This document shows, piece after piece, positions 23,715 through 36,403 of a DNA stretch of 64,000 nt. The DNA comes from Takakia lepidozioides (lineage: Eukaryota > Plantae > Bryophyta), in assembly GCA_030704615.1 (NCBI GenBank), contig CM060732.1:75144001-75208000 (forward strand), in the 5' to 3' direction. Numbering within the stretch: the first letter of the stretch is position 1; every line of letters begins with the position of its first letter. The notes beneath the pieces were generated by a model, which worked only from the letters and a program-made list of their open reading frames with translations, ran no database searches and was not told the DNA's origin. Made by a program: the position numbers and the translations under genes.

Positions 23715-24700
23715 TCAGAGCGTAATCCTGCTCACAAGACGGAGCAAGAACGCAAAACAAGGAACAGCTGAATCAGAAAAGCAGCAAATTGACGTGTCTC
23801 CAATTGATGTCACCCTCGAATTCAGGGGAAGCCATGGATGGTCCAGCTGAGGCCTCGCCAGCCTTCCGGGGTTGCAGGTTCCACACACGGGTGTCTTGCG
23901 AATTGCTGCAACATATAGGATTCCTTGTCGGGCCCATGTGGATCTGAAGGTGTCGTGGTGTGCTGCTGCGTGTCGAGGACTCTGTTCGACATCTGCACAG
24001 AATTTCGCCCAAGCTTTTCTAGCCTCAGTTTGTAGGTCATGGTAGACGAGGTTAAGGAGGAAATCGAACAGGTGGCTCTGGAGAATGTCCTGTTGCAACG
24101 GGCTCTCAGAGGTGCCAAAGAGTGGAGCCCCATAGTGTTTCAAAGACAGGGCATGATACCGATTTTTGCATGGTTGTTTGGTTGTAGTTGAGGAGCAGTC
24201 CAGGGCTGAGAGATTCCGGTTGTCCCAGTTACGGTAGAGGATCCTGATTAATGGCCATATCTTAGCTGGGGCCTGACAATGCAGTAGGCAGTGTTCCGTA
24301 TGCTCGATGAGCAGGAGCCACAGAGCAAAGCATCTTGGAACCCCAGCCATTCACCAACTTTGAAGACCCTGTTGGCTATCTGCCAGAGGAAAGCAGAGAT
24401 TTTAGAAGGGCGAGTTTTGATCCACACTGAAGCCCAAATGGCACTCCAGTTTTCATTGTGGAAGTTGTAAGACTCCCATCTGTAACTGTTCCACTTGTGA
24501 GGCAGGGGATGGTCTGCCAGTAGGGCTTTGTATGCCTCTTTGGTTGTGTATGTGAAGAAGGGTTCATGAGCACGGTTGAATAGCACTACTTTGGATCACA
24601 GGGAAGATCTTCCAGAGGTCATCCCACTATCCAAACGAAGGTATTGGTGGTAAGCCAGGAGAGGACAGTGGTACTGGGGTCTGGAGGGGGGTTCATTTCC
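23715..24700 (-). mobile_element. 5'-truncated LINE (L1-like) ORF2 C-terminus, degenerate
   Basis: zf-RVT-like WSAIWASVW...PSKISAFLWQ...CGSC...EHTEHCLLHC...KIW, frameshifted, ending in a DINWRH motif. Confidence 0.75.
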
Positions 24701-25039
24701 TTGGAAGGGGTTGCAAAGAGATCTTCTTAATTTTAAATTTTGTTGCAACAGGATGCGCAGATTTTAATTTTGGTCGAGAAAAAATTTGTGGAGATGTGGT
24801 TGCAATGGAAAATGTAGTAACCGAATTACTTTTCCATTACACATTAGAATTGTGACTTTTGAAATGTTCATGCTTCATGCTTCATGCTTGCAATTGACTA
24901 TAATGGGGATTCTCCCCCTCTGGTTTGACCACATCCCTGTTCTAAGATAGGGTTTCAGAACATCATAGACCAGTATGGAAAATGTTGACTAGCACCGTCA
25001 CCCGCTTCGAGTAGGATTATCGTCCCTTAGCGTCGGCCA

Positions 25040-25180
25040 AGTGGTATCTCCAACACGATTCTTGTGTGACCAGGCCTCATGGCAGCCTCCGGGCATGTAA
25101 GGGTTTTAATTTTTTTCTCTTCAATAATTTTAATAAAGCTTCCAAGGGCTACCTCCCCATTTAATTAATAAATAAATAAA
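25040..25180 (+). mobile_element. LINE 3'-UTR/tail fragment
   Basis: ATGGCAGCCTCCGGGC..AAGGGTTTT...CTTCAATAA...AATAAAGCTT followed by an (AATA)n tail; homologous to the reverse complement of 28360-28440. Confidence 0.6.
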
Positions 25181-25379
25181 ATGTTGCAACTAGGGTGTGG
25201 GGCTTGGCTGAATTTGGTAGGGTTTGAGATGCTCTTGCAATATAGATTCTTTCATCATCATCATCCATCAGATGGCCTAGTGCTTAAGGCACAGGGCGGC
25301 CTTATAAGTGGTCATGGGTTTAAAGCCACATGGGTGTATGTTGAGTGTATGTTGGATGTCAACCATTATGGCCAACCCA

Positions 25380-25701
25380 GCTATGAAGGGAGGGAATCTG
25401 GGTCAATCAACTACTTAATATGTGTGGGTAACTGGGGACTTTAGAGTCTTTGGGGAGGGTTGGACGACCACTATGAAAGGGGGGGGCGCATTTGGGTCAG
25501 TCAGTTATTCAATGTGTGGATAACTGGGGACTTTAGAGTCTTTGGGGAGGGTTGGGCGACCACTATGGAACGGGGGCATCTGGAATAGTCAGTTATTCAA
25601 TGTGTGGGTAATTGGGGACTTTCGCGTCTTTGGGGAGCGTTGGATGACCACCATGAAAGGAGGGGTATATGGGTCGGTTAGTTATATTAATGTGTGGGTA
25701 A
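25380..25701. repeat. ~90-bp minisatellite, ~3.5 copies
   Basis: TGTGTGGGTAACTGGGGACTTTAGAGTCTTTGGGGAGGGTTGG..GACCACTATG repeated. Confidence 0.9.
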
Positions 25702-27704
25702 CATGTGCCTCCGGGCCTTTCATACCTCTTGAGCAACCACAAAACAAATTCCATGGGGTTGGATAAAAGACTTCATTGCAGGAGAATTTGCTCACTTAGA
25801 TGCCCCTTTCCAATGATCACTATGAGTGTTTGGAAGCAAGAGGCTCTAGAAAAAGACTCCGGAGCTTCAAGAAAAGAACATGATGTAAAAGGGGGCACAA
25901 GACCATGTAAATAGTTATCCATCATCATTATACGCTTCTTTTTTTGGCCCAAATTGTGATCATTTAAATAGTCCCACATTGTTGAATGAGTGAATTCATT
26001 TACGGAGTGGAATATGGAGCAAGTACTCAGATGAGCTACTGACAACTTGACTTGAATCTGCCAACCGACCAGTTTTTTTTAGCCAAATCAGTTCCAGCCA
26101 TTTTAGTTGAAGATGTCTTCCATTATTGGTCTAAAAACTTGGTCAATAAGTTTATTGTTATCTCTTCATGTAAATTTGACTTTTAAGTAAAAACTCCATA
26201 AAATAATTCTTGGAAGTAGAACTCACCAATATAGAAGTACTTTTTTCAGTAACTCGACTTTTAATTAATAAATGGAGGAAGGAAAGACCTTTCCAGATTA
26301 CAATTATTATGAGTGGATAACTATTGCCTTGTTATTCTTCATGAATGTAGAGAAAATGATAAATGATACTTTGAAAACCTAGAGTCCTAGGAGAAATGGC
26401 CCCGAAGTGCCAATCCAAGAAATCAAAAGAAATGAAAAAATCACCAAGTCCATGGATCATTTAATTAGCTCACATGAAGAAGACGATAGAAACTTTCCAA
26501 CTAATCTTCCAACATGCTTGGGTAAGCTAGGAAAATAATAAAGTGGTTGTGCCAACTTGGTCTTTTTGCATTGGATATCTTAGTTTGATTATCTTGAAAT
26601 TAAATAATCAGTTGTGTCCCTGGGCCTTAGAGGCAACGTGTGTCATTATTAGCCAAAGGGCTACATCTTTGGGGTTGGAGTCAACATATGCTCTTGTATG
26701 GTGTGATCAATGTCAGCCTTTAAAGGAACATCCTATCTCTCTTGGAAACAAAGTGTGCTCCATAGCTATATTGGGCTGACTAACACACCTTTTGTGGGAT
26801 AAACCAGGAATAATAGCTGTGGGAAGGGGAGGGTCTGGACCGTCTATGTATCCATTACTAGTTGGGTACAACATGATTCTCTCTTCTCCTACGCCATAGC
26901 AATACGATAAAAATGAATGAGCTGATATGTGGTATTAATGTAGTTCAAGTATATTTTTCAGCCTTCGATGGGCAAGTGGCTCTGAACAATTACCTGGAAG
27001 GGCGTTGCCACATCTCGCACTAAAGTGCAATTTTGCACCAAGTACGCTATACTTTTGAGCAACTAGGGAACCCTATGTCCAATATGTGGGCATGATCTCA
27101 AAGACATCCGATGCAGTAGGATGAAAAGGCTTTCTATCAAGATGTCTGCATTGCTAGCATCAAAATAGAATGTCATTGCCCTCAGTTTGTTACGGGAAGA
27201 GAAGTTGTATGCCAAAGCTTCAAAGTGCGAATTCGGGGTCACAAAAGTGGAGTTCCTAAGAAATCCACCTTTGGGAGGAATTTGTATACATACCTTAAGT
27301 GTCTATATTGTTTGGCAACACCTTCTTACTGGAATAGTTTTATTGAATTGAATTAAATTCAAATTATAATAAGCTATTTTTATTTTTATTTTACTTAACA
27401 ATATCTATTGTGTTTATTTCGAAAGAATTCAATTTCAAACATGAATGAATGAACCTTTTTAAATGAAGCTTTACTCTTTCCAAAAACAGTAAATAAAAAT
27501 CAGATTAATTATTTAAATTTCTAAAAAATATATATATGATTTATATGCACAAAATATTTGTAAATTAATAAAGTGAATTTCCAAATAATATGTCTTAAGC
27601 TTTTCTCTGCTATTATTCATATTACACAATGACAATAATATGTGGGGCTGGTGTTTCCTTGGAACACCGCCCCCACTACCCACCAAACAAAAGAAAGTAT
27701 TAAC

Positions 27705-28200
27705 CAGTGTTGGACTGGTATCAAGTTTTTTACATACCAGTCTGGTCCTGGTACCAGACGTATCACAAAGTTTTCATACCAGTCTGGTCTATATAATGGT
27801 GGATGTATATTTTTCCAGATATTGGTATGAGTATGAGTATCATGACCACAATACCAGCTGGTATGAGATATCAACTCTGGTATCATCCTTTATGCGTTAT
27901 ATATTTATTTTCACTTGATACTTGCTATTTGATAAACTTGTAATTCAAGATGGCTTTAGAAGTAAATATACATAAATACAAATATGTAGGCAAATGTACA
28001 CATAAATTAATATGGTACACATACCAGAGTAAATGAGGTAGACCGCGGGGGAGTACTGGTGTTTCGGCTGGTATGCAAAAACTGATACCAGCCTGATCTG
28101 GTATATGACCAAGTATTCTCCCAAACGATACCAGACTTGGTCTGGTATCTAATACCAGTGCATATACCAGTCCTTTGCCTATAGGTATTAACCCTCCAGG
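27705..28200. mobile_element. Non-autonomous DNA transposon end (hAT-like) rich in TACCAG/CTGGTA subterminal motifs
   Basis: Begins CAGTGTTGG and has many TACCAG motifs in both orientations; a second copy begins TAGTGTTGG at 55364. Confidence 0.55.
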
Positions 28201-28309
28201 GGGTATATGAGCACAAAACAAATATTTATTTCATCTGGTCAGTCTCCAATGAGGAAGCATAAATTTCCAAATGTAGGTTTTCATTGGCATACACTTGAGA
28301 GGATAAAGG

Positions 28310-29160
28310 GGGGTTTTGTTGTTTGTTGTTTGTTTTTGTTGTTTTTGGAAACAGGTACTGTGGCCCTGAAAGCTTTATTGAAGTTATTGAAGGGAAAAAA
28401 TAAAAACCCTTGTGCGCCCGAAGGCTGCCATAAGGCATGCCGCATTGGTGACCATGCCGGATATCAAAAGAACTGTAGCGAGAAAATACCTATCCCAGGT
28501 AAGGGTGGGAGAAAACCCCCATGATAACGAAGAAGTGGGATCACTTCGACAACTAACTGCAAGCCTGTTGACTGCTGAATACAGGAGGACTTCCAAGCCT
28601 AACAAATCTGAAGGCCATAACGGCGACAAGCCCTAGGGGGTCTTGACGGTAAACTGGGGTTGAACGGAAGGACTGATAACAGTGGGGAGAGAAGCAGAGG
28701 TGGGGGAGTGAAGAAGAAGCAGGGGCAAGGATCAGCAATGCGAAAAATGAAGGAGAAGAAGAAGCTGAAGGGAGTCTATCTATGAAAATGGGGTCTAGAT
28801 CCTGAGGAAGGCCTGATGTGCCTCCAATTAATGTCAGATATGTGAAACTCAGAGGAGGCCGAAGAGCCTAGCTCTATGCCCCTGTCAACACTGTGGAATT
28901 CCGTCTGCCCATATACAGGAGAGATCATCAGTGCAGTGACAAAGGATCCCACACTTCCCCCAGGTTGCTCGGAAGGTATGGAGAAGTCTTGGCTTGCGCT
29001 CGGGTTTCTTGGCGACCTCTGCACAAAGGGATGCCCAAGCTTTTTTAGCTGCCACTGTAAGATCAAAAGAGACCATGGTGAGGAGAGCACTAGGGGAAGT
29101 ATTCTCGTATTTGATTGTCCAGTCACATCTTCCTTTCCAAGATTCCCTTTTCAAAACAAA
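28310..29160 (-). mobile_element. 5'-truncated LINE: ORF2 C-terminus, 3' UTR and A-rich tail
   Basis: AKKAWASLCAEV...HTFRATW...DINWRH is homologous to the 23.7-24.1 kb copy; CAAA/CAA-rich tail at ~28315-28347. Confidence 0.7.
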
Positions 29161-30042
29161 AAAAGATAGGATAAATATGGTAGAAATTGAGAGTGGATGG
29201 ATGCTTACAGTATGAGATTCTTCATCCACCTAGACAAGATTCAATAGTGCCAGCTTAGTTATAGGCTGTTGTTTTTTCTCGTGTTTTTCCTTTTTGTGTA
29301 TATGTATAATTATTTTTGGAAGAAAGGGGAGGAAGCCCTAAGTTGTACCAGCGAGTTGTTGTTACAATCGTTTCATCCAAAAATTTCCAAAAAACAAAAA
29401 GCATAAAATAAAATAAATCAAGAGAAACCCTTAAAATAAACAAAATAACAATTAAATAGTTCTCTGATAGAGTTATGCGCAAGCTACCACACAAGTTGGC
29501 TTTGCTTACAATTTACAGATTCATCATCCAACATCCATCTCATGTACGAATGAGAAAGGTCACATTCGGTGTTTAAAGCGTAGAAACAGCAGCTACATCA
29601 TTCATCCATCCACACACACATTCGTCTTCCAGTAGGATGAAAAAGATGGTCACATCTCTGTATTCAAGAAGCGGAGCGTCGGTACCCTCGTTCCCAAGTC
29701 CCAATTGCCGATGTTCCAATGTTCCCTGGTTCATCCATGGACTGAGCGAATGCTGTTCATCCGAGATTCTCAGCATTCATCTAAGAAGGGACCAACTGGA
29801 ACCACGCCAGCTTCTGTTCATCCAGAATGTGAAGGCGAGGGATGGATGAAGGGGGACAGAGAGCGGGAGCGTTCCCGGGAGTTCCCAGAGAACAGTTGAG
29901 GGGAGAGTGTGCGCAGGGCGAGAGCAGGAGGGAGAGGAGAGCGAGTCCTTGAGAGCTGAAGGGGGGGGGGGCCGGCGAGGCGATGGTGTGGGGGCAGTTC
30001 GGGGGAGAGACGAGGCTGCATTTGCATAGCTAGGGTGCAGCA

Positions 30043-33000
30043 ATGAAGCGCGCGAGGGACGAGACTGGGGCAGGGCCGCCGGGGAAGAGAGCAGCTGGAT
30101 CGGCAAGGGGAGAAACATCGGAGGCGGCACTGCAGGTTGCGTCAGGGCAGCGGCTCACAACTGATGATGCCTTGGCGTATCTGAAGGCAGTGAAGGACAA
30201 ATTTAAGGATGACAAGGAGAAGTATGATGAGTTTCTGGAAGTTATGAAAGACTTCAAGGCGCAGAGGATTGATACTGCGGGGGTGATCACAAGAGTGAAG
30301 GAGCTGTTCAAGGGGCACCGTGCGCTCATACTTGGTTTCAACACCTTCTTACCGAAGGGGTATGAAATCACCTTGCCTCTGGAGGAGGACAAGAAACAGC
30401 CAGTGGAGTTTGACCAGGCAATCAACTATGTGAACAAGATCAAGGCGCGGTTTCAGACTGATGAGCAGGTTTACAAGGCCTTTCTGGAGATCCTCAACAT
30501 GTATCGCAAAGGGAACAAGTCTATAAGTGAAGTGTACCAGGAGGTGGCCTCTCTCTTTCAAAATCATGCAGATCTGCTGGAAGAGTTCACCTACTTTCTC
30601 CCCGACTCAACAGGCCCTCCTGTGTCGACTGTTACTCACCCTCCTTCCAGGCCGGTGAACCAGAATACACGGCGAGAGGAGAAAACCTTTGCAGGTCCAG
30701 CACGTCACCCTGGCGAGAAAATTGTGAGCAAGAGGGAGAAGGCTGCTGCTGCTGTGCATGGCGAACGTGCGGAGAGACCTGTCGAAAGAGAGGTTGAGCG
30801 GTCCTCGATTCGACCGGACAAGGATCGCAAGAAGGGGGACAAAGAAAGAGAGAAGAAGGATGATATGGAGAGTTTGGAACGGGACAGGGAGGAAGGTGGA
30901 CAAAGGGAGAAGGAAAAGGATTTGGACGCCATGCAGAGATTGCCTCACAAGCGAAAATCTGCTCGGCGGGCTGATGAACTTATTCGCAAGCAATCTCAGG
31001 CAGGTGAAGGTGTCGAAGGCTTCGCAGGGCAGGCGGCCGCACCTTCTTTGGAGGACAAAAAACTTGTAAAGAGTGGCACAAGCCTCCAGTATGCCTTTTT
31101 TGACAAGGTGAAATCAAGGTTGCGCAATCGGGATACTTATCAAGAATTTCTGAAGTGCCTCAACATTTTCAGCCAGGAAATCATCAGCCGCGTTGAGCTG
31201 CAAAGTCTGGTGAGCGACATTTTGGGAAAGCATGCGGACCTCATGGAAGGCTTCAATGAGTTCCTTTCGCACTGTGAGAACGTTGAGGGCTATTTGGCTG
31301 GGGTGTTCAGTGGCCGGAAGTTGGGAGATTTTGGTGAAGAAGCACCACTGAAGCCCAAGATTGAGAAAGACAAAGAAAGGGACAGGGACAGGGACAGGGA
31401 GAAGGATCGCGAAAAAGATAGGGAGAGGGATAGAGACCGTGAAAGAGACAGAGACAAAGAGAGGGAGAGAGACAAGATGGGCGCCCACCCTCCCAAGGAA
31501 GGCACTCATAAGGTTTCCATAATCCCCAGCAAGGACAAGTACATCAACAAGCCCATCTCGGAGCTTGATCTGTCCAACTGTGAGCGCTGTACTCCCAGCT
31601 ATCGACTACTGCCGAAGAATTATCCAAGGCCAGTATCCAGTCATCGCACAGCTTTGGCCAATGCAGTGCTGAATGACAGCTGGGTGTCAGTCACGTCGGG
31701 TAGTGAAGACTATTCCTTCAAGCACATGCGCAAGAATCAGTATGAGGAGAGCCTGTTTCGATGCGAAGATGACCGATTTGAACTTGACATGCTGCTGGAG
31801 TCAACCTCAGTCACTGCAAAGCTTGTGGGGGATTATGTGGACAAGATACCGGACTCGACTCTGAAGCAAGAGTCTCCATTTCGTGTGGACGAGTACCTTT
31901 CTGCCATAAACTTAAGGTGCATTGAGCGTATATATGGGGATCATGGACTCGACATTATTGATATACTAAGGAAGAATCCAGCCTCGGCAATGCCCGTGAT
32001 TTACAGCCGTCTCAGACAGAAGCAGGACGAATGGTCGAAATGTAGAACAGACATGAACAAGGTATGGGCTGAAGTGTATGCCAAAAACTACTACAAGGCC
32101 CTTGACCACCGCAGTTTCTACTTCAGACAGCAAGACAAGAAGAGCCTTAGTACAAAGGGTTTGTTGGCAGAAATTAAGGAGGTGAATGAAAAGAAAAGGA
32201 GGGAAGATGATACGATGCTTGCTATTGCAGCTGGGAACCGTCGACCATTGCTTCCAGACCTAAGGTTTGAGTATCTGGATGCTGCAATTCATGAAGATTT
32301 GTATCAGATCATCAAGTACTCATCTGAGGAAATTAGTACCACAACAGAGCAGTCTGAGAAGATAATGAGGATTTGGACAACTTTCTTAGAGCCCATGTTT
32401 GGGATACCACCTCGGCCTCACGGTGCGGAGGACATGGAGGAGGCTGCCAAGTTGAAGGCTTTAGAGCCGAGAGGGAGTGGCACGAGTGCCAGGGAAAGCG
32501 GTTCCAGTGAAGGTGTTGACAACACTCCCGATGCTGTAGGATCAGCTACTGACGTCAAGGCAGTGAACGCCTTAGCGATGGATGAGGTTGCAACAGCTAC
32601 CAGCAATTTTGATACAGACATTGCCGAAAGGACTGGGTTTGGAGAAACCTCTGTTACGAATGGGGAGGCTGTCTTTACAACAACCGGTGGGGATACCAAG
32701 CAGGGGGGATTAGAATCTACTCGCCTTGTCAGTGAGGGACCTCTAGGGGGAGACAAACTGCAGGTGTTGAGTGTACCAGATTCTCTCAAGCCATCTAGTG
32801 AAAGCAAGACAGACAATAATGCAGTGATTGCCATCAGGTCTAGTATAGAAGAGGCTGGAGGTACCGGAGTTGTGGCCAGTGGAACGACAGTTGGAGGACC
32901 ATCCCAATTGTTCTTGCAAGAGTCTGGCCGCATTGGCACAGACATGGCCATCAGAAAGCAACTGAACATTGCGGCAGAGACACCTGAAGGTGATGGGAGG

Positions 33001-34622
33001 TCCAGTGGTGGTGTGGGTCAGAGCAAGCCTGTGGGGTTGAAGTTGGAGGAGACTGAGAGGAGTGGGGTCCTTGCTAGGGCAGAAAGGGAAGAAGGGGAGC
33101 TTTCGCCTTCCCCTGAGTTAGAGGACAGAAATAAGCTTGGTTTGATGAGTGGCATCAGAAAGTATGGACCTGGCCACATTTTGGAAGAGAATGGTGTGTT
33201 AAAGGAATTTGTGCAGGATGATGAGGATGTGGAAGGTGTTGGTGGAACAGAAGGGGAGCATGATGCTGATGCTGATGATGAAGGAGAGGAGAGTCCCCAA
33301 AAATCAAGTGAAGACAGCGACAATGCATCAGAAGCTGGGGAGGAAGTCTCTGGGAGTGAGTCTGGTGACGAGCAGTCAGAGCATGAGGAGGAGGAAGAGG
33401 AGGAGGAGGAGGATGAGCAGGAAGGCAAGGCCGAAAGTGAGGGCGAGGCAGAAGGCATGGCAGATGCTGATGACGGAGAAGGGGATGGCAACTCATCCCT
33501 GGCATCACCAGACCGTTCATTCTCTATGTGCAAGCCGCTGGCTGCGCATGCAGCTTCAGCTGATGCCTTGGTTGTTGCTCCTCACAACAGAAAAGACGGA
33601 AGGATTTTCTACGGTAATGATCTTTTCTATGTTCTTTTCAGGCTCCATCAGACCCTCTATGAGCGCATACTGTCTGCCAAGACAAATGCAATGACTGCAG
33701 AGCAGAAGTGGAAATCAATGAAGGACACTGTGGCGCCAAATCTTTATGTGCGATTCATGCAGGTTCTCTACAGCCTGCTTGATGGATCGGTGGATAATGC
33801 TAAGTTTGAGGATGAGTGTCGGGCAATCATTGGTACTCAGTCCTATGTGTTGTTCACACTGGACAAACTCATTTTTAAGCTGGTAAAACAACTGCAATCA
33901 GCTGCCTCTGATGACGTGGCAAACAAGCTCTTGGGTCTTCATTCATATGAGAAAGCAGGGGAGGCCGTTGACCTGGTCTACCATGCGAATGCATGTGTTC
34001 TTCTGCATGATGAGAACATATATCGGATGGAGCATAGATCAAATCCTAGTGAGTTGCTCATCCAGCTCATGGAGGGGGGACCTGAGAAGCTTGATGTTCC
34101 TGGCAATGCATTGGAGTTCTCTTTCCAGACTTATTTAGATGAATTTCTTCTTTCGGTTCCAACCATGAAGAGTCACCGCGTCTTTTTGGCGCGGAATAAG
34201 AAGAACAAATCTGCAGAGGAGGCTTATGCAGCAAACCAGAATGTGATGGTAAATGTGAGGGTTGTGAATGGTTTGGAGTACAAAATTTCCTGCCACACAT
34301 CGAAGGTCTCCTATGTGCTCGATACTGAGGATCTGTTCATGCGGTATGGGCGACGGCGTGTTCGAGCTGACCCTGTTGCCTTTGAGCGTAAGGAATGCCG
34401 ACGGCGTCACCTTTTTGGGGAATGGATTGACAAACGAACTAATGCTCACAATGACAGGTATGTTGTGTATCAGCCGGATCAGCCCTTATTGCAACCTAAA
34501 CCTGCCAATTTAAAACTGTTTGTTCTTTTTAGTTGCTATTGAGCAAAGGTTTCTGACGCAGTATGTCGTGGTTTTGATGCAGTGTATCACATTCAGATAC
34601 TTCCCACAATACAGTGGACTAG
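30043..34622 (+). CDS. SNL: SIN3-like (paired amphipathic helix) transcriptional corepressor
   Basis: Three PAH domains (DALAYLKAVKDKF; AINYVNKIKARF; FFDKVKSRL), HDAC-interaction domain (CTPSYRLLPK, NDSWVSVTSGSEDYSFKHMRKNQYEE) and Sin3 C-terminus (FYGND.FYVLFRLHQ). One exon 30043-34457, then a probable intron 34458-34582 and a short last exon. Confidence 0.95.
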
Positions 34623-36403
34623 AGCAGGTTAATAAATCTCTCTCTCTCAGGTAACAATTCTGCTATTATTCTTGTCTCAAGCAAACTTGCTTGAGTAGAT
34701 AGGTTACTTGAGCTGCACTCATAATGATAATGCATTTGTGCAATGGGCGATTCAGATAGGTGGCCGTCTGGGCATTGTTCTAGTAATCCTGGGCACTTGC
34801 TCTTTCAGGTAGTAAATTGGGAGTTGGCTGGGGCTTCGGTTTGGAACCTTTCTCTGGTGGCTAGCTCCTTATGAACTACATAGAAGAGGATCCAACTCTA
34901 CTGCTGCAGTGAGCTGATAGGTGCAAACGCGAGTGCCATGCATGAGAGAAAAGGAGAGAGAGAGTACCCACCAAAAGAGTTATGGGACATGAATGCACAA
35001 GAAACAAACAAAGCACAAGGAAACCAGGCCTAGAGCACTACAGTAAGGCCAGGTGTGCAGAGGAGTCGAGGGGAAGCCCTTCTCTTTTTACTATAGTTTA
35101 TTTTGTAATAAGAGAGGTAGAGAGACAAGGTTTTGCAGGTTGTCATACTGGTCCATGTAGATGACAGATGACATGTTGATGCAACAGAAAGAAAGCAAGA
35201 AAGTTGTGGGCTGCACTCATAAATACAATTCTGAACTGATTGTTTCGGATGTTGTCTATTACCTTGCAGATGGGCAAGCTCTCGTGAAGGGGGTCAAGTT
35301 CCAGCTTTGGTGTCAGTTTTGTTGTATTTCTGGGAGAAAATGACTATGGCCCTCTTGGCAAACTCAGGGCCCTCATACTTGTTATTGATTGCATCCTTTG
35401 CTTTAAAGTCTTGGCAATTCTAGGAGATAGCATAGTGTTGAGAGCTTTAAACTTTTGGGCATTGCTGAAAGATGGGCATGATGTTAGAGTTGAAACGGGA
35501 ACATTAGAGCTCAAGTTACTGTTGCTCAAATGAATCAAACTTTTTGTAGGTAAGAGGGGGCTGTTCAGCTCATTTGCGAATGAATTGACAGTCAAAGTCC
35601 CCTCAAATGGATTCTGTTTGGTAAACACAAACTACATTGTATTGTTGATCAAGAAAGTCAGTCACCTGGGGTCTCTCATGATACCCACCTTCGGCCTTCT
35701 CACATGTTGGGCATTGATTCAATCTTTTACTGCGCCAATTGCATCTTTGTTTCAGGACAAGCCTTGAATTACTGCTCTTGGTGTCATCTGTACCTCATAA
35801 TGGTAGCTTGTTCCCATTCAGTCCTGTCCTGCACTGGTTTCCATGACCAAAGAGAACCCCAGTCCAAATTTTCTACACACTGCTCATTTGGTTTCTCCTC
35901 ATTTGGTTTCTCTCGTCCCCAAAACAAGTTTGGTGACAGGAAACAAGTGTCAGATCCCCTGAATAGGCCCGCCCTCGGTAGGAAGGTGGCTCCCACATGA
36001 TCTGATGACAGACAAAAGCTTGGACTACAACGATCCCTGCTGATCTCATCAGGTGGAATAGTGATGGAGAAGAAAGCTCATGGGGCCTTCACAGGTGATG
36101 GGATGAAGCAACAAAGGTTGGGCTGTTCATGTGACCTAAAGCAGCCAAAGCTTCGGGGGTGCCTGCATACACACTCGTGTTCCATCCCTGGTTTGGAGTT
36201 CTCTCAAAGTTGCTTCCCTGGCGTTCAAGCGGGGTTCTTGTGGGAGGGTCGAGGGGGGAGGGAAGAGCTGGAGGAGGAAGAAGAAGGTTGATAATGTCTG
36301 GGATTGTGTTGAAGATCGGGTTGTTGGTGTAGTTGGGCTCGTTTGGCATTGCTGTTCTCGCTCGCGTGTGTGTGTGCGGATTTGGGGATTGTTGGGTTGG
36401 GTG

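Noticed and set aside
25750-27600. Possible decayed transposase region
   Set aside because: AT-rich and stop-riddled; no DDE or other motif could be identified by eye.
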